Source: Mobula hypostoma
Taxonomy: Eukaryota
Length of the DNA: 64,000 bases
Reading direction: 5' to 3'
Assembly: GCF_963921235.1 (NCBI RefSeq)
Contig: NC_086097.1
Coordinates: 252,590,001 to 252,654,000, forward strand
The notes beneath the pieces are model-generated. The model was not told where the DNA came from. It searched no databases and saw nothing but the letters and a program-made list of their open reading frames with translations. Numbering within the stretch: the first letter of the stretch is position 1; the number at the start of each line of letters is the position of its first letter. This document shows, piece by piece, positions 12,480-23,499 of this stretch. The position numbers and the translations under genes are program-made.

Positions 12480-13420
12480 ACCAGAATCAGAATCACGTTT
12501 AGTATCATTGACAGACAATATGTTGGGAAATGTGCTATTTTGTGGCAGCAGTACAGTGCAATACATTGAATATACTACAAAATTACAAGAAGTAAAGGCA
12601 TCTGTTAGTCTTGCGAGACCATGGATCTGCGCTGGGAAAGTCTTCACTCTCCAGGGTGCAGGCCTGGGCAAGGTTGTATAGAAGACCAGCAGTTGCCCAT
12701 GCTGCAAGTCTCCCCTCTCCACGACACCGATGTTGTCCAAGGGAAGGGCATTAGGACCCATACAGCTTGGCACTAGTGTTGTTGCAGAGCAATGTGTGGT
12801 TAAGTGCCTTGCTCAAGGACACAACATGTTGCCTCGGCTGGGGCTCGAACTCATGACCTTCAGGTCGCTAGTCCAATGCCTTAACCACTTGGCCACGTGC
12901 CCACAAGATTACCAGAAAGGTGTATTAGAAATGAAATAAGTAGTGCAAAAAAGAGCAAAATAATGAGGCAGTGTCATCGGTTTATTGTCTGCTCTGAAAT
13001 CTGATGGTGGAGGGGAAGAAGCTGTTCCTAAAATGCTGAATGTGTCTCTTCAGGCTCCTGTACCTCCTCCCTGATGGCAGTAACAAGAAGAGGGCTTGTC
13101 CTGAATAGTGAGGGTCCCCAATGACGGATGCTGCCTCCCTGAAGCACCTCCTTTTGGAGTTGTCCTCAGTGGTGGGGAGACAGTGATGCAGGCAGCTGAG
13201 TCTACAGTCTTATGCAGCTTTTTCTGATCCTGTGCATTGGCCCCCTCAAACCAGACGGTGATGCAGCCAGTTAGAATGCTCTCCAGGGTACATCTACAGA
13301 CCAAACCTCCTCAAACTTTTTAATGAAACATCGCCACCGGCATGCCCTCATTGTAATTGCATCAATATGTTGGGCCCAGATCTTCGGAGATGTTGACACC
13401 CAGAAGTGTTGGGCGCATGA
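12480..13420 (-). mobile_element. Rex1/Babar LINE 3' end, interrupted by a SINE
   Basis: RCTLESILTGCITVWF..AQDQKKL; (tgattc)n tail at about 12483. Confidence 0.8.
12597..12902 (-). mobile_element. tRNA-derived SINE with CORE-like segment and RTE-type body and tail
   Basis: A box TGGCCAAGTGG, B box GAGTTCGAGCC, tgtgtccttgagcaaggcacttaac, tail ccatggtctcgcaagactaacagatgcc; second copy at 44133. Confidence 0.85.
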
Positions 13421-14136
13421 TCTGTCTTGGCCTCCTTCCCAAGCCCCTACTCTCACAGACAATTTGGTTCACATGATACGGTATCAAGGAACTGTAAACA
13501 CTCTGGGACTGGACAATGTTCTGGCTGCACATACAACTCACAAGTACTGTTCTACTCGCTGGGTTCCTCCAGCAGATTATTTTTTACTCGATTCCTGTAG
13601 TCGCAGTCTTCTGTGTCTCTGGTATCAAATATCTGTTCTCCAGGAGTAGTTGTGACTCTAGCCCTTAATGTAGAGAATCATTAAAATATGTGCATTTTAG
13701 TAAAGACAGTGTACATTCATTCCCCGTGTTTACAGCCCAGTATCATATCTTTATGCTCATTGTGTTTATTATGGTGTATCAGACCCAGAGTAAAAATAAT
13801 TTTGTTCTCCTCTAGACTTGTGTACTGAAGGCCATAAGACCATAGACATGGCAGACATAGACATGGCCTATCGAGTCCAGAAACTTAGAAACATAGAGGA
13901 CCTACAGCACAAGACAGGACCTTCAGCCCACAATGCTGTGCTGAACATGCCCTTACCTTAGAAATTTCCCAGGGTTACCCAGAGCCCTCTTTTTTTCTGC
14001 ACTCCATGTACCTGTCCAGGAATCTCTGAAAAGATCCTATCATATTCTCCTCCACCACTGTCGCTGGCAGCCCATTCCATGCACTCACCACTCTCTGTGT
14101 AAAAAACTTACCCCTGACATCTCCTCTTTACCTACT

Positions 14137-14260
14137 GTCCTATCTGCCCCTTCCCCCTACAGTCCTGACAAAGGGTTCCGGCCCGAAACATCAACTGATC
14201 TTTTCCACGGATGCTGCCCAACCTGCTGAGTTCCTCCAGTGTGTTGTGAGTGTTGCTCTG
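14137..14260 (+). mobile_element. Penelope-like pseudo-LTR fragment (second subfamily) with a decayed hammerhead
   Basis: agtc-ctgacaa-agggttccggccc-gaaac-atc-aact followed by gatgctgccc...gagttcctccag. Confidence 0.75.
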
Positions 14261-17200
14261 ACAGCCCTCCTACACTATCTACAACACCCCCAACCTTTGT
14301 GTCATCAGCAAATTTACTAACCCATCCAACCACTTCTTCATCCAGGTCATTTATAAAAATCATGAAGAGTGGGGGTCCCAGAACAGATCCCTGAGGCACA
14401 CCACTGGTCACTGACCTCCATGCAGAATATGAGCCATCTACAACCAGTCTTTGCCTTCTGTGGGCAAGCTAGTTCTGGATCCACAAAGCAATGTCCTCTT
14501 GGATCCCATGCCTCATTACTTTCTCAATAAGCCTTGCATCGGGTACTCTATCAAATGCCTTGCTGAAATCCATATACACTACACCTACTGCTCTTCCTTC
14601 TTCAATGTGTTTAGTTACATCCTCAAAAAATTCAATCAGGCTCGTAAGGCATGACCTACCTTTGACAAAGCCATGCTGACTATTCCTAATCATATCATAC
14701 CTCTCCAAATGTTCATAATTCCTGCCTCTCAGGATCTTCTCCATCAACTTACCAACCACCAAAGTATGACTGACTGGTCTATAATTTCCTGGGCTATCTC
14801 TACTCCCTTTCTTGAATAAGGGAACAACATCTGCGACCCTCCAATCCTCTGGAACCTCTCCCATCCCCATTGATGATGCAAAGATCATTGCCAGAGGCTC
14901 AGCAATCTCCTCCCTCTCTTCCCACAGTAGACTCGGGTACATCTCGTCCGGTCCTTGTGACTTATCCAACTTGATGCTCCAACACATCCTCTTTCTTAAT
15001 ATCTACATGCTCAAACTTTTCAGTCCGCTGCAAGTCATCCCTACAATATCCAAGATCCTTTTCCATAGTGAATACTGAAACAAAGTACTCATTAAGTACC
15101 TCTGCTATCTCCTCCGGTTCCATACTCACTTTTCCACTGTCACACTTGATTGGTCCTATTCCCTCACATCTTATCCTCTTTCTCTTTACATACTTGTAGA
15201 ATGCCTTGGGGTTTTCCTTAATCCTGTCTGCCAAGGCCTTCTCATGGCCCCTTTTGGCTCTCCTAATTTCATTCTTAAGCTCCTTCCTGCTAGCCGTATG
15301 ATCTTCTAGATCTCTATCTCTAAAGTTTATTTAACCTTTCATAAACTGTTCTTTGCTTCTTGACTAGATTTACAACAGCCTTTGTACACCACAGTTCCTG
15401 TACCCTGCCATCTTTTCCCTGTCTCACTGGAACATACCTATGCAGAAATCCACGCAAATATCCCCTGAACATTTGCCACATTTCTTCCATACATTTCCCT
15501 GAGAACATCTTTTCCCAATTTATGCTTCCAAGTTCCTGCCTGATAGCCTCATATTTCCCCTTACTCCAATTAAACACTTCCCTGATTTGTCTGTTCCAAT
15601 CCCGCTCCAATGCTGTGGTAAAGGAGATAGAATTGTGATCACTATCTCCAAAATGCTCTCCCACTGAGAGATTGGACACCTGACTAGGTTCATTTCCTAA
15701 TACCAGATCAAGTACAGCCTCTCCTCTTGTAGGCTTATTTACATATTGTGTCAAGAAACCTTCTTGAACACACCCAACAAACTCCACCCCATCTAAACAT
15801 CTCGCTCTAGGGACATGCCTATCGATATTTGGGAAATTTAAATCTCCCACCACAACAACCCTGTTGTTATTACACCTTTCTAGAATCTGTCTCCCTGCCT
15901 GCTCCTCGATGTCCTTGTTACTATTGGGTGATCTATAAAAAATACCCAGTAGAGTTATTGACCCCTTCCTGTTCCTAACTTCCACCCACAGAGACTCCAT
16001 AGACAATCCCTGCATGACTTCCTCCTTTTCTGAAGCCGTGATACTATCTCTGATCAACAGTGCCACGTCCCCACCTCTTTTGCCTCCCTCCCTGTCCTTT
16101 CTGAAACATCTAAAGCCTGACACTCCAAGTAACCATTCCTGCCCCTGAGCCTTCCAAGTCTCTGTAATAGCCACAACATCATAGCTTCAAGTGCTGATCC
16201 ATGCTCTCTCATCTGCTTTGTTCATAATACTCCTTGTATTAAAACAGACAGATCTCAAACCATCGGTCTGAGCGCGTCCCTTCTTTATCACCTGCCTATC
16301 CTCCCTCTCGCACTTTCTCCAAGCATTCTCTATTTGTGAGCCAACTGCCTCTTCCTCCGTCTCTTCAGTTTGGTTCTCACCCCCCAGCAATTCCAGTTTA
16401 AATCCACCCCGATATCATTAGCAACCTCCCCACCAGGATATTGGTCCCCCTCGGATTCAAGTGCAACCCGTCCTTTTTGAACAGGTCACTCCTGCCCCAA
16501 AAGAGGTCCCAATGATCCAGAAATCTGAATCCCTGCCCCTGCTCCAATCCCTCAGCCACGCATTTATCCTCCACCTCATTCTATTCCTCTACTCACTGTC
16601 ATGTGGCACAGGCAGTAATCCCAAGATTGCTACCTTCTCAACTTCCTTCCTAACTCCCTGTAGACTGCTTTCAGGACCTCCTCCCTTTTTCTGCCTATAT
16701 CGTTGGTAACAATATGTACCACAACCTCTGGCTGTTCCCCTTCCCACTTAAGGATATCGTGGACGCGATCTGAAATATCCTGTCCCTGGCACCTGGGAGG
16801 CAAACTACCATCTGTGTTTCTTTTCTGCATCCACAGAATCGCCTGTCTGACCCCCTAACTATAGAGACCCCTATCACTGCTGCCATCCTCTTCCTTTCTC
16901 TACCCTTCTGAGCAACAGGGCCAGACTCTGTGCCAGAGGCGCAGTCACTGTTGCTTCCCCCAGGTAGGTCATCGTCCGCCAACAATACTCAAGCAGGAGT
17001 ACTTATTGTCAAGAGGTAGAACCACGGGGGTGCTCTCTAGCCTCTGACTCCTGCCCTTCCCTCTCCTGACTGTTACCCACTTACCTGTCTCCCCAGGCCC
17101 CGGTGTGACTACCTGCCTATAGCTCCTCTCTATCACCTCCTCACTTTCCCTGACCAGACAAAGGTCATCGAACTGCAGCTCCAGTTGCCTAACATGGTCC

Positions 17201-17433
17201 CTAAGGAGCTGCAGCTCGATGCTCTTGGCACAGATGTGGCCGTCCAGGGGGCTGGGAGTCTCTGGGACTTCCCACATCTGACACAGAGAATAGAACACCA
17301 GCCTCACAAACATTCTTCCTGTCTGTATTCTACACAGGCAACCGCCTGGCCTCGACCCGTTATCATTGAAGTCCCATTGAGTCAAAGCCTTCCTACTCTG
17401 TCTCCCTCTGCTCCGGTGCCCGCTCTATAAGGT

Positions 17434-17596
17434 GTCTTCTTTTAAACTCTTCTCGCTGTTCTCACTGGCTGACGTCCATGCACTTGCGCAGTCGTGCCCC
17501 GATCAAACCGCTGCAGAAGTAACCGTCTCCTTTTAAACTCTTCTTGCTGTTCTCACTGGCTGACGTCCACACAATTGCGCAGTCGTGATCAAACCA
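17434..17596. repeat. About 91-bp tandem repeat (about 1.8 copies) in the CR1 5'UTR
   Basis: ttttaaactcttct.gctgttctcactggctgacgtcca...ttgcgcagtcgtg at about 17440 and about 17531. Confidence 0.85.
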
Positions 17597-17643
17597 CTAA
17601 AGAAATAATACTTCTTAAGATGAAACACTTTGCCATTCCATCA

Positions 17644-18157
17644 CATTCTAATTCCACATCACATTCCCATTCTGACATGTCTATCCACGGCCTCCTCTAC
17701 TGTAAAGATGAAGCCACACTCAGGTTGGAGGAACAACACCTTATATTCCGTCTGGGTAGCCTCCAACCTGATGGCATGAACATCGACTTCTCTAACTTCT
17801 GCTAATGCCCCACCTCCCCCTCGTACCCCATCTGTTATTTATTTTTATACACACATTCTTTCTGTCTCTCTCCTTTTTCTCCCTCTGTCTCTCTGACTAT
17901 ACCCCTTGCCCATCCTCTGGGTTCCCCCCCCCCGTCTTTCTCCCCAGACCTCCTGTCCCATGATCCTCTCATATCCCCTTTGCCAATCACCTGTCCAGAT
18001 CTTGGCTCCATCCCTCCCCCTCCCACTTTCAAATCCCTTACTCACTCTTCCTTCAGTTAGTTCTGATGAAGGGTCTCGGCCTGAAACCCCGACTGTACCT
18101 CTTCCTAGAGATGCTGCCTGGCCTGCTGTATTCACCAGCAACTTTGATGTGTGTTGC
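17644..18157 (+). mobile_element. Penelope-like element 3' end (GIY-YIG C-terminus plus pseudo-LTR) with a 14-bp TSD
   Basis: HSHSDMSIHGLLYCKDEATLRLEEQHLIFRLGSLQPDGMNIDFSNF*; pyrimidine-rich pLTR; ttgccattccatca at 17630-17643 and 18158-18171. Confidence 0.9.
18059..18094 (+). ncRNA. Hammerhead ribozyme motif with the cleavage triplet mutated (GUC to CCC); probably inactive
   Basis: agtt-CTGATGA-agggtctcggcct-GAAAC-ccc-gact. Confidence 0.6.
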
Positions 18158-20422
18158 TTGCCATTCCATCATGCCTGATTTATTAAAGTTCAAAGTTCGA
18201 AGTAAAATTTATTATCAGAGTACACATGTCACCACATACAACCCTGAGACTCTCTTTCTGCAGGCATACTCAGCAAATCTATAGAACGGTAACTGTAAAC
18301 CAACTCTGCAAGTGCAGATGTAAATAAATAGTTCTAAATAACAAACATGAAATCACAATATCCTTAAATCAGTCCTTAAATGAGTACAGCTATTCCTTTT
18401 TGTTCAAGAGCCTGATGGTCGAGGGGTAGTAACTGTTTTTGAACCTGGTGGTGTGAGACACCTGTACCTTCTACCTGATGACAGCAGCAAAAAGGCAGCA
18501 TGGCCTGGGTGGTGATGGATGCTGCTTTTCGACAGCAACATTTCATGTAGATGTGCTCAATGGTTGGGAGGGCTTTACCGGTGATGTTCTGGGCTGAATC
18601 CACTACCTTTTGTAGGATTTTTCGCTCAAAGGTATTGGTGTTCCTGTACTAGGCTGTGATGCAGCCAGTCAGCACACTTTCCACCTCACATCTGTAGAAG
18701 TTTGCCGAGGTTTTTGATGACATGCTGCACCTCCACAGACTCCTGAAGAAGTAGAGGTGTTGTCGTGCTTTCTTCATAATAATGCTCATATGATGGGTCC
18801 ATGACAGGTCTTCTGAGATAGTTACACACAGGAATTTAAAGTTTCTGACCCTCTCCACCTCTCATCCTCTGATGATTACTGGCTCATGGACTTCTAGTGT
18901 ACCTCTCCTGAAGCCTACAATCAGTTCCTTGGTCTTATTGAATGAGAGGTTGTTGTTATTACACCATTCAGCCAAGTTTTCAGCCTCCTTCCTGTCTGCT
19001 GATTCATCATCACCTTTGATACGGCTCACAACAGTGCTGACATCGGCAAGCTTGTACTGTATACGGTGTTGGAGCTGTACTTATGCACACAGTCACAGGT
19101 GTAAAGCGAGTAGAGCAGGGAGCTCAGTACACATCCCTGCGGTGCTCCTTTGCTGATGGAGATGGTGAGAGGAGAAGTTTTGCCAATCTGAACAGACTGG
19201 GGTCTACAAGTGAGGAAATCCAGGATCCAATTCCACAAGGGGGTATTGAGGCCAGGTCTTGGAGTTTACTGATTAGTTTTGAGGGGATGATGGTGTTAAA
19301 TGCCGAGCTGTAATTGATAACGAGCATCCTGATGTATGTATCTTTGCCGTCCAGATGTTCCAGGGTTGTGTGAAGAGCCAATGAGACGGTATCTGCTGCA
19401 GACCTGTTGCTTTGGTAGGCAAACTGGAGTGGCACCACACACTGCCCGAGTGAGAGGCTGAAGATATCCATGAATACGTGAGCCAGTTGGTCTTCAGTAG
19501 TTGGCCAGGAACTCCGGCTGGATCTGATGCTTTCCTTGGACTCACTCTCTTGAAGGCAACCCACACATCATCTCCAGATACTGAGACCAAAGGATCATCG
19601 GGAGATATGGGGGTGTGCGATGGTTCCTCTCTGTTCTGGTCAAAGCCAACATAGGAGGCATTGAGCTCATTTGGAAACGAAGCTCTGCTGTCCCCTATGT
19701 TGCAAGATTAAGATTCTTAGGAGCTTATGGCATTCAAACCCTGCTGCAGCCGTCGAGCATCCCTCATTGATTCCAGTCTAGTACAGGATCTCCACTTTGC
19801 CCCAGAGATGGCTTTCCGGAGATCATACCTGCACCTCTTGTAGCATTCTTGATCTCCAGACTTGAATGCCTCTGATAGGGCTGTCAGCAGGATCTGGATT
19901 TATTGTTCATCCAGGGCTTCTGACTGGGGTAAACCCTCAACGATTTTCTGGGGGCACACTCGTCCACAGCTGTTTTAATAAAGTCTGTAATGACCCTGGT
20001 GTAGTCACTCAGGTCCTCAGATGAGTCCTTGAACTTGGCCCAGTCCACTGAGTCAAGGCAATCCTGTCACCGTTCTTCAGCCTTCCTCATCCACCTCTTG
20101 GTTGTCTTGATCTCTGGAGCCTTGCTCTTTAAGCTCTGTCTGAATGCAGGTAGCAGGAGTACAGACAAATGATCCCACTTGTCAGAATATGGTCTTGGGA
20201 AGAAACAATAGACATTCCTTTTCGTGGTGTAGCGGTGATCCAATGTGTTGGGACCACTGGTGCAACAGCTTATGAGCTGCTAATAATTGGGCAGGGTTTT
20301 CTTCAAACTGGCCTGGTTAAAGTCAAACAAGAGGAATTCTGCAGATGCTGGAAATTCAAGCAACACACATCAAAGTTGCTGGTGAATGCAGCAGGCCAGG
20401 CAGCATCTCTAGGAAGAGGTAC

Positions 20423-20458
20423 AGTCGACGTTTCAGGCTGAGACCCTTCGTCAGGACT
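20423..20458 (-). ncRNA. Minimal type I hammerhead ribozyme motif with an intact core
   Basis: Minus strand: agtc-CTGACGA-agggtctcagcct-GAAAC-GTC-gact. Confidence 0.8.
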
Positions 20459-20951
20459 CCAGCCTTGAACTGCAGGCCGGGTCTTTATGTGCTGCTATTG
20501 TGACTCCCGTCTCCCCTTCCCCCACCAATACTCTGCAACCCCGCCTCCCTCAGATCCCCCCGTCAGCTCCTGGGCCCTCAGAGGCTCCATCTTCCTCTCA
20601 CCCCAACCCTCCCCTCTCCATTGACACCCCCAGCCTCCCCCCTCCCCCCTCTGATCCCAGCTCTCATCCGTGCCGGGTCTTTACCATCCCCTCCGACCTT
20701 CAACTGTCTGAGGCAGAACGCTCTGTCCTCAGTAAGGGCTTCACCTTTGTCCCCCTTCACCCACACCTCAGCGAATTCCGTGTTCGCCATGACGCGGAAC
20801 TGTTCTTCCGCCGTCTTTGTCTCCGAGCCTACTTCTTCGGCAAGGACTCTTCCACCCCCACCGATGACCCCTTCTCCCAACTTCAACCCTCCTCTTCTTC
20901 CTGGACACCCCGCTCTGGTCTTCTGCCTGCTCTGGATCTCTTTATTGTTTC

Positions 20952-20991
20952 GTAGTCCTGACGAAGGGTCTCGGCCTGAAACGTCGACTGT
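20952..20991 (+). ncRNA. Minimal type I hammerhead ribozyme motif with an intact core; predicted cleavage 3' of C20985
   Basis: gtagtc-CTGACGA-agggtctcggcct-GAAAC-GTC-gactgt. Stem I agtc/gact, stem II agg/cct, loopless palindromic stem III ACGU. Confidence 0.8.
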
Positions 20992-21559
20992 ACTTCTTCC
21001 TAGAGATGCTGCCTGGCCTGCTGCGTTCACCAGCAACTTTGATGTGTGTTGCTGGTTAAAGTCACCAACCTTAATTTGAAATGTGTTGGTGTGGGCTGTT
21101 TCTTGTTTACAGGTAGCATTGTGCAGTTTTGCGAGCACTTGCTTACGATCGGCTGCTGGTGTAATGCAAGCTGCGGTTAGGGTTACGGATGAGACTCCCA
21201 AGGCAAATAGAATGGCTTACATTTAATTGTTGGTTGTTCTAAGTCGGGGGACAAGAAGTTGACATAACTCCAATGTCCCTGCACCAACAAGAATTGACTA
21301 AAAAGGATACGCCGCCACCTCTTTCCTCACCAGAATTCGAGACTTGATCCTTTCTGAAAATCGTAAAACCTTCTGGTTAGATAGCTGTGTCCGGCGTGTT
21401 CACTGTGCACCAAGTCTCAGTGTAACGAACAACTGCGATCTGCTTCATCTGCCTCTGATACAGCAGATCACTCGGACTTGTGAGTGAAGTTATCCCCACT
21501 GCTTCAGGAATTGATGAAGCCTACTCAGCTAAAGATGAGGAAGAGGAACATATTCAGTT

Positions 21560-21985
21560 AATGCATGAGGAGGGTTTGATGCCCTGGGCCTGTACGTGCT
21601 GATGTTTAGAAGAATGAGGGGGGATCTCATTGAAACCTATCAAATATTGAAAGGCCTAGATAGAGTGGATGTGGAGAGAATGTTTCCTATAAGACTGGAG
21701 GGCACAAACTCAGAGTAGAAGGACATCTATTTAGGAGAGAGATGAGAAGGAATTTATTTAGCCAGAGGGTGGTAAATCTGTGGAATTCATTGCCCTGGAG
21801 GCTGTGGAGGCCAAGTCATTGGGTATATTTAAAGCAGAGGTTGATAGGTTCTTGATAAGTCAAAGTGTCAAAGGCTACGGGGAAAGGCAGGAGAATTAGG
21901 TTCGGAGGGATAATAAATCAGCCATGATGGAATGGCAGAGTAGACTCAATAGTCCTAATTCTGTCTTGTGGTCTTATGGTCTATA
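21560..21985 (+). mobile_element. CR1 3' end
   Basis: RRMRGDLIETYQILKGLDRVD plus CR1 3'UTR. Confidence 0.85.
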
Positions 21986-22667
21986 GAGAACACGAATTAC
22001 AATATTTGGAGCAATTTGTTTACAGTGTCTTTACATCTTAATTTATAAATGCATGGCTGAAATTCAATGCAACTCAACATATGTTATCACTTGATTATTC
22101 ACATAAAATTTCTTCTTATTAAATTTAATGTTGAACTTCTCTCTAACTGTCAGGTTTTCATGTTTTGGCTTCAGTACTTGGCTGGGTCTCAGACAGTGTT
22201 AAGTTTCCATGTATAAGTGGTGCATGACCAGTTCAATATCCCGGGATCTGGGCTCTGCCAAGGAACTGTGTAATCTCCACATTCCTTCTTCGTGGTTTCG
22301 CTTCTGGAGAGACCTCTCACTTACATGATGTGTCTAAGTTACAATTACTGCACTTCACAACATTGTCCTTGATGTGCACATTCCATATTAGTGTGTCATT
22401 TCAAAGTCCAAAGTAAAGTTATTATCAAAGGTATTACATATATTTCACCATATATAACGCTGAGATTCATTTCCTTGTGGGCATTCACAGTGAATACAAA
22501 AAGAAGGAGAAATATTAATAATGAATAAGCAGTAAGTATCAGGAACATGAGATGAAGAGTCCTTGAAAGAGAGTCCTTAGGTTATGGGAACAGTTCAGTG
22601 TTGAGGTGAGTGAAGTTATCTCCTCTGGTCAAGATTTCAGTTCAGAAACTTTGAATAACTTTGGGGG

Positions 22668-22965
22668 AGCAAGGTAGAGTAGTGGTTAGCACAGGAAGCT
22701 CATTGTCATTGTAAATTGTCCCAGGATTACAATAGGGCCAGCAATTTGGGTTCAATTCCCATTGCTGTTTGTAAGGAATTTGTACGTTTTCACTGTTACT
22801 GCGGTGGTTTCCTCCTGGTGCTCTGCTTTCCACCCACAGTCCAAAAGACATACTGGTTGGGAGGTTAATTGGTCATTGTAAATTGTCCCGTGGTCAGGCT
22901 AGGGTGATGTGGCTCGAAGTGCCGGAATGGCCTGTTTTGTGCTGTACCTCAATAAATATAAATAA
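22668..22965 (+). mobile_element. HE1-like V-SINE (tRNA head, V-domain, CR1-type tail)
   Basis: A box tagagtagtgg, B box gggttcaattccc, gtggtttcctcctggtgctctgctttccacccacagtccaaaagac, tail ggcctgttttgtgctgta. Confidence 0.8.
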
Positions 22966-23046
22966 AAGTAATGCAAATATTCATCAAAGTACTGAAAAAT
23001 CATTTTTGAGCCATTGAACACCATAAATGCAGCCTATTCTGTGCCC

Positions 23047-23186
23047 AGTAACACCCACAAAATGCTGGAGGAACTCAGCAGGTCAGGCAGCATCTACGGA
23101 GAAGAAGAGACAGTCGACGTTTTGGGCTGAGACCCTTCATTTGTGTGGGTTACTCTGGATTTCCACCATCTGCAGAATCTCTTGTG
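23047..23186. mobile_element. Penelope-like pLTR (-) fused to an inverted pLTR 3' terminus (+); hammerhead decayed
   Basis: Minus strand atgaagggtctcagcccaaaacgtcgact; plus strand tttgtgtgggttactctggatttccaccatctgcagaatctcttgtg. Confidence 0.7.
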
Positions 23187-23499
23187 AGATTAAATGGCTG
23201 GCACAACATTGAGAGTGAAAGAGACTGTCCTGTGTTGTAATGTTCTATGTTCTATGTGATTTTCTGAAATAATGGAAGTATGAATGTATTGGCAAGCAAA
23301 AAGCACAGTTACCTGCCCTTGATCACAGTACATTTTTGTTTGTATTCCAACCAGAATATGGAATCAAATCAAATGGAAATTTCTTTTTGGCAAATAATAG
23401 TGAACACTGTTTTCTTTCAAATTACTCTTTGGGCTGCTAAAATGTGGATAATGTTAAATACATAATGGCCGCTAATTGTCAAAGATAGAGAGTGAGGTA

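Larger units (their letters stand above)
13880..17596 (-). mobile_element. Near full-length CR1 LINE: 5' tandem repeats, ORF1 (about 17330-16395; Zn-finger plus SGNH esterase-like), ORF2 (about 16390-14100), with the 3' ORF2 part internally deleted
   Basis: ORF1: LCQMWE..HICAK, AAVIGVSIVRG, CLPGAR, VVVHIVTND. ORF2: [51 protein letters not shown]. Confidence 0.95.
20326..21051. mobile_element. Penelope-like module: inverted pLTR (-), then PLE ORF N-terminal fragment (+), then pLTR (+), with a 13-bp TSD
   Basis: 20360-20458 is the reverse complement of 20954-21052; insert encodes VFTIPSDLQLSEAERSVLSKGFTFVP..FFRRLCLRAYFF; ctggttaaagtca at 20313-20325 and 21052-21064. Confidence 0.9.
18185..21320 (-). 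mobile_element. Rex1/Babar LINE, near full-length but degenerate (EN plus RT plus C-terminus), interrupted by the PLE module
   Basis: VGDFNQ (EN), [55 protein letters not shown]. Confidence 0.9.

Noticed and set aside
12830..12902. tRNA gene
   Set aside because: SINE head that continues into a body and tail, repeated at 44133
13545..13620. Possible ninth pLTR terminus
   Set aside because: Too degenerate and has no hammerhead remnant
20500..20955. Proline-rich 151-aa ORF as a host protein
   Set aside because: Penelope-like ORF N-terminal fragment inside the pLTR module
22153..22340. Exon after the strong acceptor ctctctaactgtcag
   Set aside because: All three frames close within about 85 nt and there is no good donor; a non-coding exon cannot be excluded
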